A stretch of DNA of 64,000 nt from a virus (lineage: Duplodnaviria; Heunggongvirae; Uroviricota; Caudoviricetes): the IMG/VR virus record IMGVR_UViG_3300008107_000002; one strand, written 5' to 3'. Positions 1-8,789 of the stretch are shown one piece after another (position 1 is the stretch's first letter; the number at the start of each line of letters is the position of its first letter). The translations under genes were made by a program, and so were the position numbers. The notes beneath the pieces were generated by a model, which saw only the letters and a program-made list of their open reading frames with translations, was not told the DNA's origin and ran no database searches.

Positions 1-629
1 CGACCAAAGCTGTTCTCGCGGGCACTATCAATATCTTCTTTGAGTTGTTTCATCTCAGAAGTTAATTTGGTAGTGACTGCTTCTTGAACTACTGCGGCGC
101 TACGTTGAATGAACTGCTTCTTAATAGCTTCAAATTGTGTTTTAGCTTCGCGAACAAGTTTAACCTTGGTCTCTGCTAAATCACGCTTATCGGCTGCGAA
201 TTCACTGATTTCTCTTGCAAGTGCGTGAACCACGAACTGCTCGAGTTTCTGGAAGTTTTCCGAAACTTTCTGACGATCATTTTGGAATTCTACCAATTCT
301 TTTCCTAGCTGACCTAGCACAAACGATTCTAATACTTTCGCATCAGATTTCATTTTATGTTGATAAGCAACTTTAGCTTCTACTAAAGATTTCTTATCTT
401 CTGCAAGTTCAGCCATTTCTGCGGCCAATCTCTCGCTCAACATCTTGTCGATTGCTTCAACCATGACACCTTTATCGTGTTCATACTTGTGTGCAAATTC
501 TTCACGAAGTTCAGCGGTGACTTGGTCGCGATTCTCTTGAATTTTTTTAGCGAAGGCAGACTCGATAACGGATTGTGTTTCCACGGTCATCACGCCTGAC
601 TCAACTAGTTGTTTGAATGCGTCCAACAT
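1..629 (-). CDS. Prohead core scaffolding protein (T4 gp22-like), runs off the left edge
   Basis: Not in the ORF track. ATG at 629 with AGGAG SD, open to position 3: MLDAFKQLVESGVMTVETQSVIESAFAKKIQENRDQVTAELREEF... Coiled-coil, E/K-rich, directly downstream of the prohead protease. Confidence 0.8.
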   Translation of the reverse strand, partial: MLDAFKQLVESGVMTVETQSVIESAFAKKIQENRDQVTAELREEFAHKYEHDKGVMVEAIDKMLSERLAAEMAELAEDKKSLVEAKVAYQHKMKSDAKVLESFVLGQLGKELVEFQNDRQKVSENFQKLEQFVVHALAREISEFAADKRDLAETKVKLVREAKTQFEAIKKQFIQRSAAVVQEAVTTKLTSEMKQLKEDIDSARENSFG

Positions 630-645
630 CACGTTCTCCTTCCGG

Positions 646-1275
646 TTATTTCAAACCGTTGATTATGTTAAGCATCGCCTCGCGGAGATACTTGTCTTTT
701 TTTGGGTCTTGTTGTACTTCTTGCGCCACCCTAAACGCTCTACTACCACCTCTTGCATTTAAAAGATGTTCATAAACCGGTGTAGGATAAGCTCCTGGCG
801 CTGAAGGCTGGGCAACTACGTCTACTGTAATAATTTCAAATTCGGCTACTTCGCCAGTTCTCTCATCAACGTTTCCGCTTCCTCTAGAACTTACACCAAG
901 TTTTACGCCGCTTTCAAGCATAGTACGAATTAAATTACCCATTGGAGTTGGCAAAATCTTCATTTTGCCATATCCGTTAGGACCTTCCATCCACATGTTT
1001 GTGATCATATGGCTTACTCGGTCCAAATTAACTTTAAGATCATCAGGATGATCTACCTCACCTAATACACTGTAACCATTTTGAATTTGGTCGTTGAGAG
1101 TCTTAACAGCATTCTCGATTTCTCGAACTGGATAAACCCGCTGGTTTTGATTACGAATGCCGCCTTGAATAGCAATACCTTTAAGATAAAGATTTTTGCC
1201 TTCCTTGTCGTCAGACTCTAATACAACCCCTGCCTGATCAAAACTTAAATGTTCTCGTAGATAAGATAGTTTCAT
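646..1275 (-). CDS. gp21: Prohead core protease (T4 gp21 family)
   Basis: Motifs NQNQRVYP, LGEVDHP, VSH and LGVSSRGSG; position in the head module. Confidence 0.93.
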   Translation of the reverse strand: MKLSYLREHLSFDQAGVVLESDDKEGKNLYLKGIAIQGGIRNQNQRVYPVREIENAVKTLNDQIQNGYSVLGEVDHPDDLKVNLDRVSHMITNMWMEGPNGYGKMKILPTPMGNLIRTMLESGVKLGVSSRGSGNVDERTGEVAEFEIITVDVVAQPSAPGAYPTPVYEHLLNARGGSRAFRVAQEVQQDPKKDKYLREAMLNIINGLK

Positions 1276-1288
1276 TAACGATCTCTAA

Positions 1289-2314
1289 TTAAAACTTTCT
1301 ATCAACTGGTGAACGTGTATTTGTGTTTCCGCCTGTTTGGCCAGCTTTGTCGCCGGAACCAGAACCAACTGGAGCACCTTCACCTGTCTTGTTGCCTTGT
1401 GGAACTTTGTTTAGTGAAGATCCGTTACCAAAGCTAGATTTTGAACTGCTAGATAGGTTCTTTTCAACACCTTTTGTAAACTCACCCTTTGTACTGCCAA
1501 CTAGGCCACGTGAACCTTTGTCTGCATTTGGGCTTGTACCACTCATTTCTCCTACGCCAGTACCGCCTTGTGCAATATTTTTTGCACTAGCAGTTGTTGT
1601 AGGACGTCCTTTTGGATTTTGTAATCCAGGACTCTTTGTATTTGTTTCAGTAGCTTGACCAGCTTTGTCGCCGCGACCAGAACCAACTGGGCCAGGTGAC
1701 TTCATGCTGTTTTTATGCCAATCGTTACCGACAGTTTCTACATACTCACGCATTGGTTGTCCCATGCTTTCTGCATCTGGTTTGTCTTCATCATCGTCTT
1801 GGCTGTCATCATCTGCAGGAGCAGAATCATCATCACCAAAAGTTGGTTCTGCTGGTTCGTCTTCACTGCCGTGGCTTTGAACGATGTCTTGGAATTCTTG
1901 TTTTAGTTGAGTAAGAATGTCGATGATTTGTTCTTCACCTGCGCTCATATCTCCACCAGCTGCTTGATTATCATCATCTGGGGCTGCTACATCTGCAGAA
2001 AAATCGTCACTGGCATCACCATCACCGCCAATAGACATAGATGTCTCATCATCGGCAGGTGCATCGTCGTCAGCACCAAAGCCTTCTTCAATTGACTCAT
2101 CTTCTTCTACATCTTCATCTGCTTCTTCAACAGACTCATCTGCATCATCTGCATTATCAGCTTCGTCAACAGATTCTTCTTCTGCTTCTTCAGCTATCAT
2201 ATTTTCATAAATTTCTCTAGATTTTTCTACAACGATCTCATGGAATAATTCGTTTGCCTTGTCCATTTCCTCGTTGACAAGATAATCTAGAAGTTGTTCA
2301 AACTTTTTAGACAT
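1289..2314 (-). CDS. Acidic prohead core / internal head protein
   Basis: Very D/E-rich N-half, G/S/K-rich C-half, several S/I/L-x-E motifs resembling gp21 cleavage sites; lies between portal and protease. Confidence 0.6.
   Translation of the reverse strand: MSKKFEQLLDYLVNEEMDKANELFHEIVVEKSREIYENMIAEEAEEESVDEADNADDADESVEEADEDVEEDESIEEGFGADDDAPADDETSMSIGGDGDASDDFSADVAAPDDDNQAAGGDMSAGEEQIIDILTQLKQEFQDIVQSHGSEDEPAEPTFGDDDSAPADDDSQDDDEDKPDAESMGQPMREYVETVGNDWHKNSMKSPGPVGSGRGDKAGQATETNTKSPGLQNPKGRPTTTASAKNIAQGGTGVGEMSGTSPNADKGSRGLVGSTKGEFTKGVEKNLSSSSKSSFGNGSSLNKVPQGNKTGEGAPVGSGSGDKAGQTGGNTNTRSPVDRKF
1341..1690. repeat. 32-bp direct repeat (1341-1372 and 1659-1690) encoding a duplicated PVGS(G/R)GDKAGQ-type module
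   Basis: ccagctttgtcgccg-NN-accagaaccaactgg occurs twice, 30/32 identical. Confidence 0.9.
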
Positions 2315-2355
2315 TGCGGGTTTCTCCTATATTAGACTGGCAAGGCTGTCAATGT

Positions 2356-2361
2356 TATTTA
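2356..2361 (-). promoter_or_regulatory. T4-late-type promoter core TAAATA
   Basis: GTAAATA on the minus strand about 40 nt upstream of the core-protein gene; a second TAAATA lies at 2462-2467. Confidence 0.6.
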
Positions 2362-2497
2362 CAGCCAAGATGATTTACTTATGCGAAATAGGCCAAAAAC
2401 GGTCGTTTTTGACAACAGTCAGGAAATTTATAACCCATTTTGAGGTTTTTTTCTGTCAAAATATTTAGTTTGACGTCAATAATGTTAAAGTACAATA

Positions 2498-2740
2498 TTA
2501 TTCCGTCGGTTCTTCTTCGGGAATTGCATACATTATTCTTACTAATTCAAGATCTTCTTTCGTCTCTTGTTCTCGAGCATCGCCTGCTTTGCGTAAACTG
2601 TTTAACATTTCAAGAGTAAGACGCATTTTTCTTGTGTCTTTATTAATAATAACACTGGTGTCTCTATCAGAGTCATAGCGATTATTAGACTTTAGGTCTC
2701 CAGAATCTTTTTCAAAGTAAATAAATTCTTGTAATAACAT
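2498..2740 (-). CDS. Small hypothetical head-module protein
   Basis: 80-aa ORF between portal and core gene; TAAATA 5 nt upstream of the ATG. Confidence 0.7.
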   Translation of the reverse strand: MLLQEFIYFEKDSGDLKSNNRYDSDRDTSVIINKDTRKMRLTLEMLNSLRKAGDAREQETKEDLELVRIMYAIPEEEPTE

Positions 2741-2745
2741 GTTAA

Positions 2746-2751
2746 TATTTA
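2746..2751 (-). promoter_or_regulatory. Late promoter core TAAATA
   Basis: GGTAAATATTAAC-ATG on the minus strand. Confidence 0.6.
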
Positions 2752-2756
2752 CCTAA

Positions 2757-4469
2757 TTATACCGCAGGAGTCGGTGTAGTTTCTGGAGTGCTTGGCATTG
2801 GAGCCATACCTGTTTCACCGTCTTCCATATCTTCCGGAGGCTCAGTTGCTCCTTCGAGACTGTCAATATCCCCTTGAATTCCGCTTGCAGTAATACCTGC
2901 ACTACGTAATTCTGCTTGGGCACTTAAATTAGTACCTTGATCGATATTTTCTTCTCTCCAAAGTTTTTCGTTTTCTGCAATTTCTTCTTGTGTCATACCC
3001 AAGAATCTCTTAAGAGCAAAGCGTTTACTTACAAAAGGAATCTCAACGATAGAAGCAAATGTGCCTACACGAGCAGTATCCATTTCTGCTTGACGGTAAG
3101 CGGCAAAATTTTGGGGAGGATTAAACTTAAGATCAAACAAATTGTTGTCTACGTTAATGCCTTTATTGTATAGATACAGTTTAAATTCTGTATCAAATTG
3201 TTCGTTAATTAAAGATTGTAAGCGTTCACAATACTTGTTAAAGCGTAATTCTTGTATGTAAGCAGTTCCTACTCGACCATCATTAAATGATGATCCCCCG
3301 TCATCAGGACCGGTAGGTAAGTAACTGCTAGGAATACGCAAAGCCCTAAATAGCTTATTAGTAAAATAGCGTAAATCGTCAATTTCACCTAGATTAGTAC
3401 CGCCTGGCAAAATTTCAACTTTAGATCCTCGGCCTTCTGCGGTTTGTGGGAAGAAATAGTCTTCATTAATGCTTAACGGATTGTAACTACTGTCGATAAC
3501 ACTTTGGCCGCCACCTGCGGCACTTGGTATTCTGCGTTGATTTACTTCATTTTTAACACGTTCCACAAAGCCCATGGCCAAGTGACTAGGCATGTTACCT
3601 ACGTCAATATAGAATACTCTACGCTCTGGCGCACGTTGTACACGATAGATGATGATGGCATCTTCAAGTAATTCTTTTTGTTTGTAGACTTTAAAAATAG
3701 TCTCCATTAGGCTGTTACCAAACGGAAAGTTATTGTCTAAACCTTCACTCATTGACAAGTGAATAACGTGCTTTGCATCAATTGCCCATTGTTGTATGTT
3801 ATTTGAAAATCGTCCGCCGGCGCCTGCTTGTCCACCAAAGCCGCCAACCATGCCTTTTTGTTGGGCGCCACCTGTGAGGTACGCAGTTCCGCCCGGAGTA
3901 ACGTTTTGATTAGTAGGATTAATTGCAGTAACAGTTAAGTTTTGAAAATTTACATTAAGATCACGCAATACATATTGTTCAGGTTTTTTACCTTCACTTT
4001 CGTTAACAATAACTTTATCAACTTTTTGTGGGTCTACATAAAACCATGCTTGTGTTTCAGGGTCACGAATAAAGAATACGTCTCCATACTTAAAGGCATT
4101 ACGCACCATTTTAAAAATTCGTGTTTGAAATTTATTAAGTTTAGTCCACTGCTGTAGATACTTTTTAATAATTTTAACTTCAGTACTAGTTGCCTGTTCT
4201 TTAAAAAATACTTGAAACGGTGTTCCGTTCTCATCGTTCATCTGTGTGCAGAATTCAGCAAGAATATCAAAAGCGGCATTAACTTCGCTGTCAGTATCCA
4301 TTGAATCATATTGACCGTAACGTTCTAAACGATTAGGATGCCCGCTGTATACATCAGGGAGATAACTGCTGTAATTAGTACGAGACATATTAGGTCTCGA
4401 GGCTCCAGATGATATAACACTCATCTGTCCAGTAGTATCAACTGGTGTAAAATATTTTTTCCAACTCAA
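2757..4469 (-). CDS. gp20: Portal vertex protein (T4 gp20 family)
   Basis: LLEDAIIIYRVQRAPERRVFYIDVGNMP, EDYFFP, LPGGTNLGEIDD and LRIPSSYL motifs; TTG start with GGAG SD. Confidence 0.95.
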   Translation of the reverse strand: MSWKKYFTPVDTTGQMSVISSGASRPNMSRTNYSSYLPDVYSGHPNRLERYGQYDSMDTDSEVNAAFDILAEFCTQMNDENGTPFQVFFKEQATSTEVKIIKKYLQQWTKLNKFQTRIFKMVRNAFKYGDVFFIRDPETQAWFYVDPQKVDKVIVNESEGKKPEQYVLRDLNVNFQNLTVTAINPTNQNVTPGGTAYLTGGAQQKGMVGGFGGQAGAGGRFSNNIQQWAIDAKHVIHLSMSEGLDNNFPFGNSLMETIFKVYKQKELLEDAIIIYRVQRAPERRVFYIDVGNMPSHLAMGFVERVKNEVNQRRIPSAAGGGQSVIDSSYNPLSINEDYFFPQTAEGRGSKVEILPGGTNLGEIDDLRYFTNKLFRALRIPSSYLPTGPDDGGSSFNDGRVGTAYIQELRFNKYCERLQSLINEQFDTEFKLYLYNKGINVDNNLFDLKFNPPQNFAAYRQAEMDTARVGTFASIVEIPFVSKRFALKRFLGMTQEEIAENEKLWREENIDQGTNLSAQAELRSAGITASGIQGDIDSLEGATEPPEDMEDGETGMAPMPSTPETTPTPAV

Positions 4470-4483
4470 AATTTGACTCCAAA

Positions 4484-6553
4484 TTATGCAAATGCATCGC
4501 CAGATATGCCTAATACTGCATCATAAGTTCTACGTGAGTTTTCGGCAATGATCTTTAGTTGTGCAACCATCTCTGCTGTATTTAAGTTCTGTGCAACGGT
4601 TCTTAAAGTTTCTGCGGTGTTGGCAGACATTAGACCGGCTATTTGTTCCGGTTTGAAAACACCTTCTGTACCGTGTAGCATTGCAGGAGTTCCTTTGCCA
4701 AAATCTTCAAATGGTTGTCCTGTTGCTCCTAAACTACCATCATCCCTTGAGACAAAATTTTGGAACATGCCAGCAATCAGACCAGTTATTGCTCCTGCAA
4801 GAGCGCCTACGGCTGCGCCGCCTGGACCTCCTAGCATGCCTATTGTTGCACCAGTAACTGCTCCTGCCCCTGCTCCTGCCAGTGTATATCCGGCAGTTGA
4901 CGCTACCTTGCCAGCAGTATCTGCCCAACTAGGTTTAACCATTTCCCATATTTTTCCAAATAGACCTTTTAAAAATTCTGCAATGTCGGTCATTATTTTT
5001 TCTCGCCCTGAAGGAGAAAACAGATCATTTATAAATTGTATAATTTTTGGAACCCAATCTCGTAACGTAACAATGACTTTACCAAGATTTTCGTTTAAAT
5101 AATTAAGAGTCGGTATAACAATTCCAGCAATTAATGGACTTAATGCTTGACCTAATGTTATTGCCAATTTCCTTAATTGTTCTTCTGACGCTAATTGTGC
5201 TTGTAATTCTGCTTGATTAGCCGCAGTTGCATCTTCAATACTTTTAAGTCTTATTTTTTCTGCTTCAATTACTCGATACAGTTGTTCTTCACTGGTTATA
5301 TTTGCATTTGTTAATCTTGCGTATACTTCTGGCATTACTGAAATTTTTGCATATGTTTGATCACCTTGTAATGCTAATGCCTGAAATACACTTGCCAGTT
5401 GAGGGTATGCTTTGGCTAATTCCATTTGTAATTTGGCCTGTCGTCTTGACGACTCTTCTTCAATTTGTTTTACTGATACAGATCCATTGCTGGCGCTGTC
5501 AATCATTTGATCAATAGACCGTCCTGCGTTTGTTGCTAGAGAATATAGCATCTGGCCCGCTTCACTTTGAACAGCAAACCCCATAGCCCTTGCCTTGGCA
5601 ATATCTCCTCCAGCTTCTCCGTAGACCGCAGTAACATCTTTAAGAACTTTTTCTAATTTTAATCTTGTTTTTTCATCTTTTGATGCCATAAATGCTTTCC
5701 AGTTAGATTCTTGAGTTTGTTTTTCTAGATCTTTCTGTATCTGCTCTCTACTCTTACCTGTAATTTTAGATAGTAGGTCTAATTCTTTTCCGTATTCTGC
5801 AACCAGTTTAGCTGTGTATTTTGAATCTCTTTGTTGTTGTTCAGATAAACCTCCCATTGCTTTGGCATAATCTAAAGTAAGATGATTAAGTTGTTCGTAA
5901 CTAAACCCCAAACTTAATAGGCCTTTATGATTGGCAAGTAATTCTTTATTGACAGCTTTAAGTTGTTTTGCTCCTGCGGTAGCAGTTACTCCCATTGTAA
6001 CTAGAGTCTCTCCTGCATCTTTCATAAGACGAGTAAACGATTCAGCAGTAAGTCCCATTTCTAAAAAATCAACTCGTAGTTGACTTAATGATGTACCAAA
6101 GTTAACACCGCTTGAATTGAGATCTCTGTATACTTGTAAATTTTCTTCTTGTAATTTTACTATTGCTCCAAATAAAGAAGCAACTGTACCAATAATAGGA
6201 AGGTCTTTGAATGCGTCAAACAGGCCACTCATCTGTGCTTTACCAGATAGAGTACTGGCAGCAAACTTAACTAAATTTCCAACTGTAGCTGTAAGTCCGC
6301 CTACTAGATCAGATAAAAGACTACCTACAACACTGCCTACCTTACCAAGTTTATTCTGTGCCGTTGCGGCCGTTTCTGCTGAATCGCCTAGATCTTTGAG
6401 TCGAGCTTCAGCTTCTTTAATAATTTTTGGATCAAGACCCGCGGCTTTGGCCAGCCTTATAAACATTGCTGTTGATTGCTTACCTTGAGCTCTTGCTTCT
6501 TTGAGAAGATCAGTAAGCAGAACTTCCATTGCTGCCGTGTCCATACCAGCCAT
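4484..6553 (-). CDS. Tail tape-measure protein
   Basis: Long helical A/L/Q-rich protein with a Gly/Ala-rich hydrophobic segment and a C-terminal GTPAMLHGTEGV motif. Likely start is ATG 6553 (MAGMDT), not the track's 6595. Confidence 0.75.
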   Translation of the reverse strand: MAGMDTAAMEVLLTDLLKEARAQGKQSTAMFIRLAKAAGLDPKIIKEAEARLKDLGDSAETAATAQNKLGKVGSVVGSLLSDLVGGLTATVGNLVKFAASTLSGKAQMSGLFDAFKDLPIIGTVASLFGAIVKLQEENLQVYRDLNSSGVNFGTSLSQLRVDFLEMGLTAESFTRLMKDAGETLVTMGVTATAGAKQLKAVNKELLANHKGLLSLGFSYEQLNHLTLDYAKAMGGLSEQQQRDSKYTAKLVAEYGKELDLLSKITGKSREQIQKDLEKQTQESNWKAFMASKDEKTRLKLEKVLKDVTAVYGEAGGDIAKARAMGFAVQSEAGQMLYSLATNAGRSIDQMIDSASNGSVSVKQIEEESSRRQAKLQMELAKAYPQLASVFQALALQGDQTYAKISVMPEVYARLTNANITSEEQLYRVIEAEKIRLKSIEDATAANQAELQAQLASEEQLRKLAITLGQALSPLIAGIVIPTLNYLNENLGKVIVTLRDWVPKIIQFINDLFSPSGREKIMTDIAEFLKGLFGKIWEMVKPSWADTAGKVASTAGYTLAGAGAGAVTGATIGMLGGPGGAAVGALAGAITGLIAGMFQNFVSRDDGSLGATGQPFEDFGKGTPAMLHGTEGVFKPEQIAGLMSANTAETLRTVAQNLNTAEMVAQLKIIAENSRRTYDAVLGISGDAFA

Positions 6554-6580
6554 TGTTATTTCCCTAGTTAAATGCGTACA

Positions 6581-6613
6581 TAAATATGATACCAAAGTAC
6601 CTTATTTTATTTA
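6581..6613. promoter_or_regulatory. Overlapping divergent late promoters (CATAAATA on + at 6581-6586; GATAAATA on - at 6608-6613)
   Basis: Two TAAATA cores in the 74-nt gap between the divergent tape-measure and hub/chaperone genes. Confidence 0.65.
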
Positions 6614-6627
6614 TCGGAGTTAAACCC

Positions 6628-7485
6628 ATGGAACAAGAGCACAAGTCAAATCCACTAGCAAGTCTTATGAGACAGCCAAAAATCTATATTAGACTTCCCA
6701 GTAGTGGAAAATACTGGCCTGAAGGTAGTATTAATCCCACTATGAACGATGAATATCCTGTATTCTCTATGACTGCTCGAGATGAATTATTACTTAAAAC
6801 TCCTGATGCACTGATGAACGGACAGGCAGTTGTTGATGTTATCCAAAGCTGTGTTCCTAATATACTTGATGCATGGCATACTCCTAATATAGATTTAGAT
6901 GTTATCCTTATTGCTATTCGTCTTGCTACCTACGGACAAAAAATGGAGACTACTCTTACTGTAGGTAAAGAAGACATGTCTTATAATGTTGACCTACGAC
7001 AACTATTAGAAAATCTTATGAACACAATTACCTGGGACGAAAAGATTGAAATAGGTAATCAAATGGCATTGTATGTACGTCCTATTAACTATGCCGCTAT
7101 GAGTCAAACAAACATAAAGAATTTTGAAACTCAAAAATTATTAGGCATTGTTAATGATAGTGAATTAACTGAAGAAGAAAAAATAGCACACTTTAAGAAA
7201 AGTTTTGAAGCTATTACTAATATTACCCTAGCTATTATTTCTCAATCAGTTTACAAAATTGAAAGTGTAGCAGGCACCACTGATGATCCGGTACATATTG
7301 CAGATTTTCTTTCTAACTGTGATAGAGAAATTTTTGAAGCAGTTAAAAACAGACTAGATACCTTAAGACAACATAACACTCTTAAAGCGATCAAGGTACG
7401 GGCAACTCCTGAAATGATTGCAAATGGAAGTGAAGATGAAATCGAAGTTCCCTTGGTATTTGACGCCGCAAATTTTTTCGACTGA
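6628..7485 (+). CDS. Baseplate hub / tail assembly chaperone (T4 gp26-like)
   Basis: RQPKIYIRLPS, MTARDELLLKTPDALMNG and DLDVILIAIRLATYG motifs; likely start ATG 6628 after a GGAG SD. Confidence 0.7.
   Translation: MEQEHKSNPLASLMRQPKIYIRLPSSGKYWPEGSINPTMNDEYPVFSMTARDELLLKTPDALMNGQAVVDVIQSCVPNILDAWHTPNIDLDVILIAIRLATYGQKMETTLTVGKEDMSYNVDLRQLLENLMNTITWDEKIEIGNQMALYVRPINYAAMSQTNIKNFETQKLLGIVNDSELTEEEKIAHFKKSFEAITNITLAIISQSVYKIESVAGTTDDPVHIADFLSNCDREIFEAVKNRLDTLRQHNTLKAIKVRATPEMIANGSEDEIEVPLVFDAANFFD
7470..7479 (+). other. Candidate -1 programmed frameshift site A-AAT-TTT-TTC
   Basis: Two overlapping X-XXY-YYZ heptamers two codons before the stop; the -1 frame is open (FRLRLLS) straight into ORF 7497-7709. 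Confidence 0.6.
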
Positions 7486-7496
7486 GGCTTTTATCT

Positions 7497-7709
7497 ATGA
7501 CTTTCGCTGAAATTGACCAGTTAGCGGAAAAAATGGAAAAAGAGATAAAAGCCTTTAAGTCAGAATTGTTTAAATTATGTTGGTTTATGAGGGGAGGTCT
7601 GACTATAGAGCAGGCCTATGATACTGATTTTCAAGATCGAGAAACTATAGTAGAACTTATAAAAGAGAATTTAGACACTACTAAAAAGAGTGGTCTGCCA
7701 TTCTTTTAA
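7497..7709 (+). CDS. Small tail/baseplate assembly protein (gp51-like or frameshift T segment)
   Basis: 70-aa ORF in the -1 frame of the upstream gene; CWFMRGG motif. Confidence 0.65.
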   Translation: MTFAEIDQLAEKMEKEIKAFKSELFKLCWFMRGGLTIEQAYDTDFQDRETIVELIKENLDTTKKSGLPFF

Positions 7710-8680
7710 AGTTTCATATTTAAAAAACGACTATACTCTATACTTTCAGTAACCCCCGGTTGAGGAGGCGCTACCGGAGCAGCCTGTTGTGCAACTGCTT
7801 TTTGAGGCAGTGCAGAATTTAATGTTTCTATTGCTTTACGTAGTTTTCTAGTAACTTGGCCACCGTTATCTAAATATTCTTGCCACTGTGCTAAAAGTTT
7901 ACCTGGATTGTTAAATGGATTATCTGTAGCTACTGGTGACGCAGGTTCTGCCGCAGTAGATTGTGATCGTCCTAAAGAAACACCACTGCCTCCACGAGAA
8001 GGGAGACTACGACCTCTCTGTGCCGCAACAATAGCAGAATAATTCTTTTCTACGGCTGTTTTAATAATAGTATCTATTTGTGAGTTATTAAGAGTAGCGG
8101 CTCCTTCTACATCTTCTCGAACTGTAGCAAATTTTGGAGAACCGTCTGGATTCTTTCCTACTAGTTTTTGTACTGGAACACCCACTCTTGAAGTTTTAAA
8201 TCCTGTTCCAGTTTTACCTGCTATGCCTGCACCACCTTTTAATCTGCCCTTTAATTCAGCGGCTTTTTTTGGGTCAATTTTAGTTGGAGTAGTCGGAGTA
8301 CTTGTCGGTGCTGCCGGAGTAGCTGTTGGTGTAGAACTTGGTGCGGTTGCTGTAGTTGCAGGAGATGCTGATTGAGCAGGTGCTGTAGTAGGATCAGTAA
8401 TACTATCTAAATCTTGTAATCCGTGACTACCAAGAAAATCTATGAGACTAGAGTATGTTGCATTATTTCCGCCACCTACAGTCTTCATGTATTCAGCTTT
8501 GAGATTTGCAACAATTTTAGACGAATGTTCTTCACCTTGCCTACTAGATTGACTAGCTTTAAACCCACTTACTGCACCTCGAACTCCGTTGTCCATAGCA
8601 CCTTTAAAGCCTGCCTTAATGTCTTTAAAGATACCTAACTCATCAAGTTGTTCTTCATTTAAAACATCGTTATATCTCAT
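7706..8680 (-). CDS. Late hypothetical protein, probable internal head protein with Pro/Thr/Ala linker
   Basis: Perfect TATAAATA upstream; N-terminal LNEEQLDE and internal LxE-type motifs; low-complexity PATT segment. Confidence 0.6.
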   Translation of the reverse strand: MRYNDVLNEEQLDELGIFKDIKAGFKGAMDNGVRGAVSGFKASQSSRQGEEHSSKIVANLKAEYMKTVGGGNNATYSSLIDFLGSHGLQDLDSITDPTTAPAQSASPATTATAPSSTPTATPAAPTSTPTTPTKIDPKKAAELKGRLKGGAGIAGKTGTGFKTSRVGVPVQKLVGKNPDGSPKFATVREDVEGAATLNNSQIDTIIKTAVEKNYSAIVAAQRGRSLPSRGGSGVSLGRSQSTAAEPASPVATDNPFNNPGKLLAQWQEYLDNGGQVTRKLRKAIETLNSALPQKAVAQQAAPVAPPQPGVTESIEYSRFLNMKL

Positions 8681-8702
8681 GATAGTTCCTAAAATTGTGT
8701 TG

Positions 8703-8710
8703 TATTTATA
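8703..8710 (-). promoter_or_regulatory. T4 late promoter TATAAATA (perfect)
   Basis: Plus-strand tatttata, 22 nt upstream of the ATG at 8680. Confidence 0.8.
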
Positions 8711-8753
8711 GTGAGCAGTAGCTCACTTGCTTCATCGCTTACGCTCGAAGCAA
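8710..8753 (-). terminator. Tandem hairpins at the 3' end of the nuclease/ncRNA transcript (terminator or processing signal)
   Basis: AGTGAGC-tact-GCTCACT (8710-8727) and TTGCTTC...GTAA...GAAGCAA (8727-8753). No clear U tract, so not a canonical intrinsic terminator. Confidence 0.45.
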
Positions 8754-8789
8754 TTTTTTATTATGATTAATGCGAAGCATTTTAATATT

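Noticed and set aside
1323-6488. Many antisense or alternate-frame ORFs in the track (e.g. 1323-1658, 4548-5102, 6117-6488; likewise 48124-48804 and 40991-41425)
   Set aside because: Shadows of well-supported genes on the other strand or frame, with no RBS or motifs.
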